The notes: a model not told the origin generated them from the sequence alone. A DNA stretch of 64,000 nucleotides from Patescibacteria group bacterium (GCA_018819405.1 JAHJQF010000001.1:817469-881468); one strand, 5' to 3'. Shown: positions 9,601-19,186, counted from the first letter of the stretch. Made by a program: numbers and translations.

Positions 9601-10299
9601 TTAATTGTATTTTCCAAACAAATTATTTAAATTAATTTTTATTATATCCATAAAAGTCTTGGGATAATCATGCCACTTCACCGTAGAATCAAAGTTATTT
9701 TCCCAAGTAATAGGCATTTCTTTTATTCTGAATTTATACTTTTTAGCTAAAAAAATCAACTCAAAGTCAAAGGAAAATCCTGAAATAGTCAGCTTTTCAA
9801 AAATAAACTTTAAATCTTTGCTAAAGAGCTTAAACCCACATTGGGTATCACCGATACTTTTGTGTATAAAAATCCGACTGACCAAATTGCCCAAACGCCC
9901 CAAAAATATCTTCAAAAAATTTTGTTTTATTTTTATATTAGAGTCTGCTAGGGCTCGAGAGGCAATCACCAAATCATATTCGGCTATTTGAGGCAAAAAA
10001 GAATCTAACTCTGATATTTGAGTGGAGTTGTCGGCATCCATAAACAGTATCAAATCTCCATGAGCTGCTTTTACTCCCTTGGCAACCGTATAACCCTTGC
10101 CGTGGTTCCTCAAATTTCTAATGATTCTAATCCCTTCAAAAGATTTTAAAATTTCCAAAGTACTATCACGAGAACAATCATCAACTACTATTATTTCAAA
10201 ACTAGAAAAATTTTTTTCCAAATAATCTTTGACTTGAGAAATGGTAAGTAAAATTACCTTGGCTTCGTTGTAAGCCGGTATAACTACACTGATTTTCAT
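9601..10299 (-). CDS. Glycosyltransferase family 2
   Basis: 232 aa with VVIPAYNEAKVI...VVDDCSRDST...FMDADN (GT-A DxD). Confidence 0.75.
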   Translation of the reverse strand: MKISVVIPAYNEAKVILLTISQVKDYLEKNFSSFEIIVVDDCSRDSTLEILKSFEGIRIIRNLRNHGKGYTVAKGVKAAHGDLILFMDADNSTQISELDSFLPQIAEYDLVIASRALADSNIKIKQNFLKIFLGRLGNLVSRIFIHKSIGDTQCGFKLFSKDLKFIFEKLTISGFSFDFELIFLAKKYKFRIKEMPITWENNFDSTVKWHDYPKTFMDIIKINLNNLFGKYN

Positions 10300-10300
10300 T

Positions 10301-12319
10301 TTATCTGGCTAAAATATCAAAATTGTAACCGGTCTTGTCGTTTTCATTTCTGAGATAAACATTACTCTTTTCAGTACCGTCACTGTCATAAATACGAAGT
10401 AGTGCGGAGCTACCCCGACCAGGTAAGACCAATATCTCCGGCAGATTATCTCCCGAAATATCTTTGGCCAAAACTTTTACCCCACTAAACAAATATTTAC
10501 TAAAAGATAAAAATTCACTCTTTAAGGTGCCCCTCATACTAAAAAGTTTTATCTGGGGAGGATACAACCTAGCTGGTGCGGTGACAATTTCCGGCCAATG
10601 ATCTGCATTGACGTCACCAATAGAAATATTTACACCCGCTGTCATATCTTTGTCGTAGGCTAAAAAGCTAGCTTTTTGTCTATTTTCATAATTGAAAACT
10701 TTTATTTCAGGTATATAATTGCTAGCTGGTGCGGTGACAATCTCATCCTTTTCGTCGTTGTTGACATCGCCCAAAGCGACATTGACCCCACCGGCAAAAG
10801 CAGCATCATAAGCAAAAAATTCGTAAAGCAAATTACCTTGATAATCAAAAACTCTGATGTGTGGCCCGCCACCAGCCATAGGCGCAGTGACAATTTCTAG
10901 TGTTCCATTACCATCTACATCTCCGGTAGCAATATTTACTCCCCCTGTAAAGTTGGCATCATAAGCAAAAAATTCTGACTGAACATTACCATGAATATCA
11001 AAAACTCTGATATGTGGCCCGCCACCAGCCATAGGCGCAGTGACAATATTTTCCAGACCATCACCTGTTACATCTGATACCAGCACATTTACACCTCCTC
11101 GAAAACCAGCATTATAAGCTAAAAACCAACTTTCTAAATTGCCCTCAGTATCCATTATCAAGACTTCCGGCGGCAAACCTTTCAAAGGAGTAACTACAAT
11201 TTTTATAGAATCATTATAATAATGATCAGCCAGATTAAGAGCAGCCCCTACATCGACTAAGCCGGCGCCCAAATCTATATGATGAAGTGGATTGGATTCG
11301 CGTAAATCTTGAGCACTAGCTAGAATAATACTATATATATCATAAGGCCTCAGATCAGGATACTGACTTTTTATCAAAGCTGCTGTTGCCGAAATAATCG
11401 GAGCAGCGACTGAAGTTCCACTCCAGCCTCCCTGATAGTTATGATAAAAATTTCTGTCTGAAGAATTATAATAAGTCGTAGAATAAAAATCTGTACCCGG
11501 AGCTGAAATATCAATACACTGTTCACCATAATTGGTAAATTCGGTCATCTGCTTATTTTCATCTACTGCCGCGACACCTAAAACACGGTTAACATCATCT
11601 ATATCACAGACTGGATAACGAGGATCAATATCTAAGCTTATTCCAACACTTTCCTCGTTGCCAGAAGCCGCTACTATCATTACACCTTTATTGTAAGCAT
11701 TAATGATAGAAGTATTGAGTGGCTCGCCCAAAAACTCGCCAACCAAACTAAGATTGATTATATCTGCACCATTTTCTACGGCATAATCAATGGCCTGAGA
11801 CAAAACCAGAGTATTACCTACTCCTTTGGCATCCAAAATGCGAAGCGGCATAATCTTAGCATTTGGAGCAATACCTACTATACCGGTATTATTTATTCCG
11901 GCCGCAATAATTCCTGCCACCACGGTGCCATGATTTATAGCTGTGTAGTCATAATCTTTATCCAAAGTTGGCTCTGGATCGTTGTCAGAAGAAACAAAAT
12001 CCCAGCCATGGACATCATCAATAAAGCTATTATTGTCATTGTCTATCCCATCACCAGGTATCTCACCCGGATTTATCCAGATATTATTTTTCAAATCAGG
12101 GTGCTCCAAATAAACACCTGAATCAAGAATTGCTACTACTACTTCTTTGTTAGTTTTTAGCTCATTAGACCAAGATGGGCCTATATTTATATAGTTCAAA
12201 TATGATTGATAAACCAAGTTGGGGTCTGTTGGTGTATAATCTTGAGTAAAAGCTTGCACTGTGTTGGCCAAAAATAACAAAAATATGGCAAAAACAGCAA
12301 TTTTTTTATTTGTTTTCAC
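10301..12319 (-). CDS. Secreted S8 (subtilisin-like) serine peptidase with C-terminal FG-GAP/beta-propeller-like repeats
   Basis: 672 aa with a signal peptide and the catalytic triad blocks AILDSGV (Asp), HGTVVAGI (His) and GTSVAAP (Ser). It ends with four or more repeats of GDVxGDGxxEIVTAPMAGGGPHIRVFD. Confidence 0.8.
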   Translation of the reverse strand: MKTNKKIAVFAIFLLFLANTVQAFTQDYTPTDPNLVYQSYLNYINIGPSWSNELKTNKEVVVAILDSGVYLEHPDLKNNIWINPGEIPGDGIDNDNNSFIDDVHGWDFVSSDNDPEPTLDKDYDYTAINHGTVVAGIIAAGINNTGIVGIAPNAKIMPLRILDAKGVGNTLVLSQAIDYAVENGADIINLSLVGEFLGEPLNTSIINAYNKGVMIVAASGNEESVGISLDIDPRYPVCDIDDVNRVLGVAAVDENKQMTEFTNYGEQCIDISAPGTDFYSTTYYNSSDRNFYHNYQGGWSGTSVAAPIISATAALIKSQYPDLRPYDIYSIILASAQDLRESNPLHHIDLGAGLVDVGAALNLADHYYNDSIKIVVTPLKGLPPEVLIMDTEGNLESWFLAYNAGFRGGVNVLVSDVTGDGLENIVTAPMAGGGPHIRVFDIHGNVQSEFFAYDANFTGGVNIATGDVDGNGTLEIVTAPMAGGGPHIRVFDYQGNLLYEFFAYDAAFAGGVNVALGDVNNDEKDEIVTAPASNYIPEIKVFNYENRQKASFLAYDKDMTAGVNISIGDVNADHWPEIVTAPARLYPPQIKLFSMRGTLKSEFLSFSKYLFSGVKVLAKDISGDNLPEILVLPGRGSSALLRIYDSDGTEKSNVYLRNENDKTGYNFDILAR
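10570..11160 (-). repeat. Intragenic tandem DNA repeats (~150 bp units) encoding the FG-GAP-like blades of the subtilase
   Basis: Recurring ggcgcagtgacaat... and ccagccataggcgcagtgacaat segments at ~10582, 10735, 10875 and 11033. Confidence 0.6.
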
Positions 12320-12511
12320 AAGTAAATTTTGATTAATTATTTTACCAAATTTAAAAATTTATGGTACTAAATATAGTAAAATATCACCATTTTTTTGAGT
12401 ATTATTTTTACTATAATTTCTAAATTGGCTTACTAAATTATAACAGAATTCAAATGTAATAACAAGATGATTTTTGTATTTATAAAGTCAAAAAATACTA
12501 GATTATTTGAT

Positions 12512-12540
12512 ATTGACAAAATCATAAATATATGATATAA
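12512..12540 (+). promoter_or_regulatory. Sigma70-like promoter (TTGACA-17-TATAAA) for GC-rich cassette A
   Basis: ttgacaaaatcataaatatatgatataaa lies ~55 nt upstream of the RBS AGGAGGA. Confidence 0.5.
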
Positions 12541-12598
12541 AAAATAGTCCCAAGTTGTCCTGAAACTCCCTACAACACACAACAGGAGGAAAATAATC

Positions 12599-12877
12599 GT
12601 GACAACTTCGAAGGTAAGACTGCTGCCACAGGGGCGGGTATTTCTGGAGGAGTTGATCCGACTCAGGATCAGCAAACGATACGACCTCGACGAAGTAGTC
12701 GAAAAGTTGAACGCCGCTATCAGCGGGCGCAAATTCAACGGCTGTTGGGCCTTCATCGAGTTCGGCATCGCCGCTACCGACCCCCAGGTGATCTGTCTGC
12801 AGTTCACGCAGGACGGACAACCGGGTACGTTCACGTTCTCACAAGAGAACATTGACAACATCCTGGCTGAATACTGA
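12599..12877 (+). CDS. Hypothetical 92-aa protein in GC-rich cassette A
   Basis: RBS caggaggaaaataatc, then a GTG start. Visibly GC-rich ORF with E. coli-like codons, followed by a hairpin terminator. No recognisable domain. Confidence 0.5.
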   Translation: MTTSKVRLLPQGRVFLEELIRLRISKRYDLDEVVEKLNAAISGRKFNGCWAFIEFGIAATDPQVICLQFTQDGQPGTFTFSQENIDNILAEY

Positions 12878-12912
12878 CATACGTCAGCCAGACAACTATG
12901 GCAACATGCCAA

Positions 12913-12944
12913 AAAGGACCACGCTTCAGCGAGGTCCTTTTCTT
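12913..12944 (+). terminator. Rho-independent terminator of cassette A
   Basis: aggaccacgcttcagcgaggtcc followed by ttttctt. Confidence 0.6.
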
Positions 12945-12955
12945 ATTTTAATTTT

Positions 12956-13996
12956 CTAAGCTGCCGCTTTCAAATTTTCTATTTCCCCTATAAAACTATC
13001 AATATCTAATAACTCCATTTTTCTTTTTATCTCCGCTTGCATAAAAGGAGTTTGTCCGGCAAAATCATCAGATTCTATATAAATATTCATTTGTTCTTTT
13101 ATCTCTTTCAAAACCTTGAGAGTCCTGTTTATCTGTTCTCTTTCCCCTTTTGGCAAAACTTGAGATATAGGAGCTAATCCATCATTTCGTTGGGATTTGG
13201 CATATTGATTAGGACTCTGGCCAGCTTGTCTGGCTTTTTGAGCTCTGATTTCCAAAAGTTTTTGCATATAACTCATACCTGACAACTTGTCTATATAATC
13301 ATCCAAATCTTCCTGAATAAAAACTCTAAAAATAGCGCCTGCCTCTGGATTTTCAGGAAAAAATCTAATCGGATCCTTAGTAATATGTCTTTTTTTATCA
13401 GAAAAAGATCTTTGAATACCAATTATTATTTTTTCTCCCTCTTCATCTCCTTGAGTGGATAAACTAGTAGAATCAAACTCCAATATTTCATCTATACCAT
13501 CCAAATAATCCTGCCTTGGTCTTGCCTCCTTAGCTTCCAAACCATCAATACCCAAATCATTGATTATTTTTGTAAACACAGGGCTATGGTTACGTGCTGT
13601 TTCCTGCTGAAGATTATCATACGAAGCCCCTTCATGAGTAAATTTCTGGTGTTGGCGTATAGAAGCTGCTGTGCGATTATCAACTGACTTTTGATGAAGA
13701 TCTCTCAAAAGATCCTGTAGATTTTTATCCGGCTCCTCTTTTTTGGTTTTAAAAAACCAATCGTACTTTACCCCGATACGTTGTAAATACTCACCAAAAG
13801 TCATAGTCTGATTTTTGGCGGACAAGACTACTTCCACTTCATCATTTTCACGTGGAATAGCAGAAAATTCCCCCAATATACGTGGATGTACAACTTCATG
13901 AAAACGACCTTTTATATCATGAAAATTTATTGTCTCAAAGGTTTTTTCTTGTTCTTGGGCATTTATTTCTTGAGATTTCATTTCTAAAGTTTCCAT
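12956..13996 (-). CDS. Hypothetical protein (346 aa), charged and partly coiled
   Basis: Long ORF with native AT-rich composition. No domain recognised. Confidence 0.4.
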   Translation of the reverse strand: METLEMKSQEINAQEQEKTFETINFHDIKGRFHEVVHPRILGEFSAIPRENDEVEVVLSAKNQTMTFGEYLQRIGVKYDWFFKTKKEEPDKNLQDLLRDLHQKSVDNRTAASIRQHQKFTHEGASYDNLQQETARNHSPVFTKIINDLGIDGLEAKEARPRQDYLDGIDEILEFDSTSLSTQGDEEGEKIIIGIQRSFSDKKRHITKDPIRFFPENPEAGAIFRVFIQEDLDDYIDKLSGMSYMQKLLEIRAQKARQAGQSPNQYAKSQRNDGLAPISQVLPKGEREQINRTLKVLKEIKEQMNIYIESDDFAGQTPFMQAEIKRKMELLDIDSFIGEIENLKAAA

Positions 13997-14069
13997 ATAT
14001 AAATATTATATTTTTAAAACTATCCATACTATATTATGGATAGACAAAATATTCAAGTGCTATATTTTA

Positions 14070-15086
14070 TTAATTAGCATTTCTAAATAAAGATCGGGCA
14101 AGATACCAATATTCTGAATGCCCTTTTTCTTTTTGGACATACCACCACTCCACTCCCCACAAATAAGCTTGCCTAAAATCTGTATTTATTGCAAATTGTA
14201 AGTTGGCTTCAAATTGCTCCACTGAAAAAGACTTGTTATATTCCTTGAAATCAAGATCAGCCAAAGTACCATTTGGTACCCATGGTTCAGTCTGAAGCTC
14301 GCTAATAATTGACGAATGCTTATTTATACCAAACAAATCAGCCTTAAAACCATAAAACCAGTCAGGAATTGGATACCTGACATATCTAAACCAGGGATTC
14401 CATACTACCCGATACATCGTAGTGGCAAATATATCAGCTAGCTGCCCTTCCTGACGCCAAGAGCTCAACTCGCCGGAGGCAGAGATAATGATTGGTCGGT
14501 CATCCAAACTTTTTACCAATTCTATTTCTTGTTTCAAAAACTGCTTATCACCTTTTGGGCATTTGCCAAACCAATCAAGCAAAGGTTCATTTTCTACTTG
14601 CCAAGCCACAATTTCCGGCCGGTCTTTGTATCTATTCACCAGCCTCTCAAGCAACAATAAAGTCTGCCCTTTGATATCATTTATTTCATCGTTGTTCAAC
14701 CAGACCGGATTATGACATTCCGGCCAACGTGGCAAACGCCAGCCGATATTGGCGATAAACTTTACATTTCTTTTGGCGCCCTCATCAAATATATAATCAT
14801 AATCATCAAAGACAAAGACACCCTCTTCTTTTTCTATCTGGTCCCAATATATAGGTATGCGTATATTTTTCACTTCCAAATCATCCAAAACTTCTACGTA
14901 TACCTCTTTCCAGTCCAAACCCAGCTCAGTAGCAAATTTTGGTGAATAAGTCAGCCCCCAATAATTTTCTTTGGCCTCCAAATCAATCTTAGTCGGATAA
15001 TGACTATCTATCTTAAAAGACCACAATAATATCAATATAATTACGAGTGGTATCCAATATCTTTTTTTTATTTTTATCTTTTTCAT
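14070..15086 (-). CDS. Membrane-anchored glycoside hydrolase, GH5-like TIM-barrel
   Basis: 338 aa with an N-terminal signal-anchor, a WQVENEP (NEP acid/base) block and a later QTEPW candidate nucleophile block. Confidence 0.5.
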   Translation of the reverse strand: MKKIKIKKRYWIPLVIILILLWSFKIDSHYPTKIDLEAKENYWGLTYSPKFATELGLDWKEVYVEVLDDLEVKNIRIPIYWDQIEKEEGVFVFDDYDYIFDEGAKRNVKFIANIGWRLPRWPECHNPVWLNNDEINDIKGQTLLLLERLVNRYKDRPEIVAWQVENEPLLDWFGKCPKGDKQFLKQEIELVKSLDDRPIIISASGELSSWRQEGQLADIFATTMYRVVWNPWFRYVRYPIPDWFYGFKADLFGINKHSSIISELQTEPWVPNGTLADLDFKEYNKSFSVEQFEANLQFAINTDFRQAYLWGVEWWYVQKEKGHSEYWYLARSLFRNAN

Positions 15087-15094
15087 TATAAAAA

Positions 15095-16033
15095 TTAAAT
15101 AGCCATAAAGTATAAACCCAAAGCTATAAAAATAATGGCTAGCACTTTTTTGGACAGACGCCCATGACCATAATCTTCTTTTGCTATCTTAGGATAAAAA
15201 AATGTAAGCAGACCACTAAATAGCAACACCAAAGCATATTGTAAACCTTGTAGGGATGTCACCAGAGCTACAGAACCCAGAGCTACAGCATAATTTTGTA
15301 AAACAGAGCCCAACGCTCCCATACCCTGCGTACCTACATAAATAAATTTATTATTTTTTTGTTTATTTGATTTTTTTATTTCTGAAAATATTTCCTGCCG
15401 AGAAGATTGTTTTATAAGTAAAAATAAAACCGTCAAAAATGTACCGATTCTGACCCAGATAAATCCACTGACAAATTCTTGAGTATTATAAACTTGCTTG
15501 GTACCAACCCAAAAAAGAGCAAAAAATAAAGCGGCTATAATAGTAGAAAAAATACTCGGTAGTTGATATGGATCTAAAATATTTAAAAACTTTCTAATAT
15601 TAAACCAAATATTATGATGAACCGAAGTCCTAGAAATTATTATAGTACCTGATATCAAAAATAAAATAGCCAGCCATTGATAATTGCTGAATTTTTCTGC
15701 AAACAAAAGTAGAGAAAATAACACTGTAAAAACCGGTACCATACCGCCTACCAAAGTAAAAATCCGACTGGCTTCACCACCTTTGAGACCACGGTACAAA
15801 AAAAACAAACCACCGGCAAAAAAAGATCCCACCAAACAGTCAAAGAAAAACAAACCCCAGCCCGGCCAAGTCAAAAACCAAGGTGCTAGCAAGACCACTG
15901 CTACTCCGGTAGCGCCCACCAAAAATGTATAAGTCTTCGGACCAGGTATGACATTTTCCAAAATAAATTTATCAGCCACATTGACCAAACCCAGTACAAA
16001 ATAAGCTAAAATGGCAACTAGCAGCCAACTCAT
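15095..16033 (-). CDS. Polytopic membrane protein (about 10 TM), possible DMT/EamA-like or flippase-like protein
   Basis: 312 aa, highly hydrophobic. Overlaps the upstream gene start by 4 nt. Confidence 0.3.
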   Translation of the reverse strand: MSWLLVAILAYFVLGLVNVADKFILENVIPGPKTYTFLVGATGVAVVLLAPWFLTWPGWGLFFFDCLVGSFFAGGLFFLYRGLKGGEASRIFTLVGGMVPVFTVLFSLLLFAEKFSNYQWLAILFLISGTIIISRTSVHHNIWFNIRKFLNILDPYQLPSIFSTIIAALFFALFWVGTKQVYNTQEFVSGFIWVRIGTFLTVLFLLIKQSSRQEIFSEIKKSNKQKNNKFIYVGTQGMGALGSVLQNYAVALGSVALVTSLQGLQYALVLLFSGLLTFFYPKIAKEDYGHGRLSKKVLAIIFIALGLYFMAI

Positions 16034-17361
16034 ATATTATCTATTACTTCTTTTAAATTTCGCATCACTTTAGAATCATATTCCTGCCAACTGATAAAAC
16101 TAGCCGCTTTGAGAGCACTGAGAGATTTACTGTCTTCATTTTGGTATTTGCGTGGATAATTATTTTCCAAATCCCCATTATCCAATACATAAATATCATA
16201 CTGCTTAAGTGCTCGAATTAGTTCTGTATCATGTAAAGGCGCCAATTTTATATTCAGATCTCTCATCAAATCTCTAAGGTGCTGGGTTTTCATGACGTCA
16301 CGATCCAAAACTACCATAAAAGGTATTTTAAAAGTAGTCAAAATATCTATATAAATTTGCATATTACCCTTGCCGTCAGTCTGGATTACTTTGACATCTT
16401 TGCTGCCCTGATAAAACTTATCTATCAAACCTCTAAAAAGCAAGCGATCTGATACTCCTTCTACTAAAATTACCTTATCCGTAAAAAACATCTCTAGATT
16501 ATCGGCATTGAGCTCCTGGATAAGACGCTTATAATTGTAATGCCCCTCTATAGTAAAAGCTCTGGTATGATTATTATTATCTTTTTCTACTCTGACAAGT
16601 TGGGGTAAAGTGGCCGGAGTTATAAACAAGGGACTATGGGTAGAAAAAATTATCTGTCCAGCATTGGCATTTTGAATAGCCCAAAGTAATTTTTTTACCA
16701 TAGCCGGATGAAGGTGAGTCTCCGGCTCATTTATCATTACCACTGAATATTTTGGATGAAAAATATAAAGCAAGATTGTAAAAATCTGCCGGAAACCGGA
16801 ACCAAGTCTATCAATAGTGGCTTTTCTCTTGCCTTCAATAATACCCTCATTTTCATAACGAACATCCATGGCATTTTTGGTGGCTGATATTTTGGGAAAA
16901 TGATGTTTAAGATAAGACCGAAAATTTTCCAGATTACTGGGGAAATTAAAAAGTGAATGATAATCCAATTCTATTTGCTGGTAGTCATGAAAATTAACAT
17001 AGTCCAATCTCTTGACCTGTGAAGACAACAAAACAGACAAAGCTTTATTGTAAGTTATTTCTTTGTCAACAAATCTTAGATGTCGCTGACCGTTTTTTAA
17101 AATAAATCTAGCTGACTTTTCCGGAAATTGATTTTTGATTTGCTCATCGCTGTCAAACTCCAAATCAAGCTCTATATCAGCTTTGTCGTAAACAAGATTT
17201 TTATCCGTAAATGCCCCATCAAAAACAAACTCAATAGCATCTAAAATATTACTCTTACCACTATTATTTTGCCCAATAAAAATAGCCACCTGATTAAAAT
17301 CTAAAATCATCGGCTCTTTGATGCTTTTATAATAATTGATGGTTATTTTTTTTATAGTCAT
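16030..17361 (-). CDS. OLD-family ATP-dependent endonuclease (ABC-type ATPase + Toprim)
   Basis: 443 aa with Walker A GQNNSGKSN, Walker B VVMINEPETHLHP, and a C-terminal Toprim with VILVEGVSD (Glu) and VVLDRD (DxD). Confidence 0.7.
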   Translation of the reverse strand: MTIKKITINYYKSIKEPMILDFNQVAIFIGQNNSGKSNILDAIEFVFDGAFTDKNLVYDKADIELDLEFDSDEQIKNQFPEKSARFILKNGQRHLRFVDKEITYNKALSVLLSSQVKRLDYVNFHDYQQIELDYHSLFNFPSNLENFRSYLKHHFPKISATKNAMDVRYENEGIIEGKRKATIDRLGSGFRQIFTILLYIFHPKYSVVMINEPETHLHPAMVKKLLWAIQNANAGQIIFSTHSPLFITPATLPQLVRVEKDNNNHTRAFTIEGHYNYKRLIQELNADNLEMFFTDKVILVEGVSDRLLFRGLIDKFYQGSKDVKVIQTDGKGNMQIYIDILTTFKIPFMVVLDRDVMKTQHLRDLMRDLNIKLAPLHDTELIRALKQYDIYVLDNGDLENNYPRKYQNEDSKSLSALKAASFISWQEYDSKVMRNLKEVIDNI

Positions 17362-17362
17362 A

Positions 17363-18709
17363 CTACAAGAGGTGTACTTCGTCTATCTCACTTATTTTAT
17401 TACGTAATACTATATTTTCTATATGATAGGTGCCCATTTTAGGAGCATCTAAAAATCCTTCCATAGCCGCTTCAGCCAGCCAGCCAGAGTTGAGCCAGTC
17501 AAACAGCCATTCATCCACATAATTTGGATCCATGCTGTCTACACCCGCCCCGATAGCCAACAACCAACCTCGATTGTACCTTTCCTGATAGCCAATCGGC
17601 TCAGTCATAATAATAGGCAATCCCAAAGCACTATAAAAAGTAAGCTCTGACGGTTTGGTCCACAAAATATCTGTCTTTCTCAAGAGTTTATTAAATATTT
17701 TAAAATAATCCATTTTGTCCTCAGCATAAATCAATTGGACATTTTCACAATTCCCTAGACCACAACTTTTGACTACACTCTGATAGTAAATATAAACATC
17801 ATTTCTAACTCCGGCAATGAGGTTTAGCCTTATTTCTCCTGCTTTGAGGTATTTGTGTAGCCTTTTTAAAATAATTACTCCAATATCACGCTGAGCACCA
17901 GCTCCACCGACAGCAAAAGTAATACTCAATGGCCGTTTGGGATTTTTTATATTTTTGACAGGACCAAGATAATCTTCTATCAATTTGGCATATTTTTTTC
18001 TATAAATACCCCTAGGGTCAAGTTTAAATATTCTGGCGCTCAAATCACTACGAAGTATCTTTTGAGCGCTGCCACCGATATTTTCTTTTGGCAAGGGAAA
18101 ACCTGTCACATAAATTTTTTCTGGACGCACACCATAGAGTTTTAATCTTTGCTTCACTCGCTTATTTGGAACCAAATATTTAATCCTACTTTTACCCGGA
18201 TAAAAAGGTGCCCAAGCACGAGCCACATCAGCATCGCAAACTATCAAATATATATCTCCTTTGTAACCATGATGCTCCGCAAAGTAAGCTGGTACAAAAA
18301 AAGTAGTTAAAAATGGCAATGGCTTGTCATAATTTTTGGGAATACGCTGATTGAGCTCTTCCACCAAATGACGCCCCAGTCCACCTTTGACTTGATTGAA
18401 AAAATATTTTTGTTGCTGAGAATTTTTGGACAAATCCCTTTGTGGATAAAGCGGCTCTATTTTTTGAAAATTATCCATTATTTTAAAAGCCGTAGTGCCC
18501 AAAAATGGTACTTTTTTGAAACGAGATATTATTTCATACCATCTGCGTCCGCTGTTCCACTGTTTTTCCTCGCTTCTACTAATACCCTGATAATGATTGG
18601 CATTAGTAATACCACGATAAGCACTCTCCAAAAAAGGATAAGCCGCGCGCTGATGACCGTAGCCCATATCAACTGCCACTACGTGCATCAATTCTTTTTG
18701 TTTTGACAT
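17363..18709 (-). CDS. Putative GT-B fold glycosyltransferase (MurG/UgtP/MGDG-synthase-like)
   Basis: 448 aa. The N-terminus has VAVDMGYGHQRAA. The C-terminal half has FAVGGAGAQ and LGLPIIMTEPIGYQERYNRGWLLAIGAGV, resembling a GT28 C-domain. Confidence 0.4.
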   Translation of the reverse strand: MSKQKELMHVVAVDMGYGHQRAAYPFLESAYRGITNANHYQGISRSEEKQWNSGRRWYEIISRFKKVPFLGTTAFKIMDNFQKIEPLYPQRDLSKNSQQQKYFFNQVKGGLGRHLVEELNQRIPKNYDKPLPFLTTFFVPAYFAEHHGYKGDIYLIVCDADVARAWAPFYPGKSRIKYLVPNKRVKQRLKLYGVRPEKIYVTGFPLPKENIGGSAQKILRSDLSARIFKLDPRGIYRKKYAKLIEDYLGPVKNIKNPKRPLSITFAVGGAGAQRDIGVIILKRLHKYLKAGEIRLNLIAGVRNDVYIYYQSVVKSCGLGNCENVQLIYAEDKMDYFKIFNKLLRKTDILWTKPSELTFYSALGLPIIMTEPIGYQERYNRGWLLAIGAGVDSMDPNYVDEWLFDWLNSGWLAEAAMEGFLDAPKMGTYHIENIVLRNKISEIDEVHLL

Positions 18710-18826
18710 TTTTATTTTTATTTACTCTCCTACTAAAAAGATTCGTCTAATTTCTAATATTAGATATTTCTTTACCAGCTTTGCGGCGGTGTTTTTTCTT
18801 GGCTAATTTCTTTTTCTTATTCACTT

Positions 18827-18855
18827 TGTTAGACCTGTTAAAAATTAATTAAAAG
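18827..18855 (-). promoter_or_regulatory. Copy of the conserved upstream motif (TTAATTAATTTTTAACAGGTCTAACAAA-GTG), degenerate
   Basis: On the minus strand it reads ttaattaatttttaacaggtctaacaaa directly 5' of a GTG-initiated 25-codon basic ORF. Confidence 0.4.
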
Positions 18856-18940
18856 GCGTTAAAAAATAGACTTCTAAGTAGCCCCTCTAAGGTTTATAGT
18901 ATTATTATACCACAAATTACTATCATAAACCAAAAAATTA

Positions 18941-19114
18941 TTTATCAGTTATCTTATTTAAAATATAAACAAAAATTAATCCATAAAAATAATATTCTAA
19001 ACTTATAAAACGATTTACCATACCAGTATTAAAAACTTCCATGAATAAAAGAATTATCCATGTAAAAAATGCTATCTGAAAAAAATCATTTAAAATAAGA
19101 TGTAAAGTTTTCAT
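18941..19114 (-). CDS. Small hydrophobic ORF (57 aa), hypothetical
   Basis: ATG directly preceded by ttaatttttaacgggtctaatggg (conserved motif). Encodes MKTLHLILNDFFQIAFFTWIILLFMEVF... Below the ORF-track cutoff. Confidence 0.3.
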
Positions 19115-19146
19115 CCCATTAGACCCGTTAAAAATTAATTAAATAA
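19115..19146 (-). promoter_or_regulatory. Copy of the conserved upstream motif (TTAATTAATTTTTAACGGGTCTAATGGG-ATG)
   Basis: The plus strand reads cccattagacccgttaaaaattaattaaataa. Confidence 0.5.
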
Positions 19147-19186
19147 GTATTTTTATATTTTAATTTATTTCTAAATTCAACAGAAA

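Noticed and set aside
12433-12912. Two minus-strand track ORFs (159 aa and 105 aa) overlapping cassette A
   Set aside because: They are antisense to the + strand gene, which has a clear RBS and terminator. They extend into AT-rich sequence with no start signals and are artefacts of low stop-codon density in GC-rich DNA.
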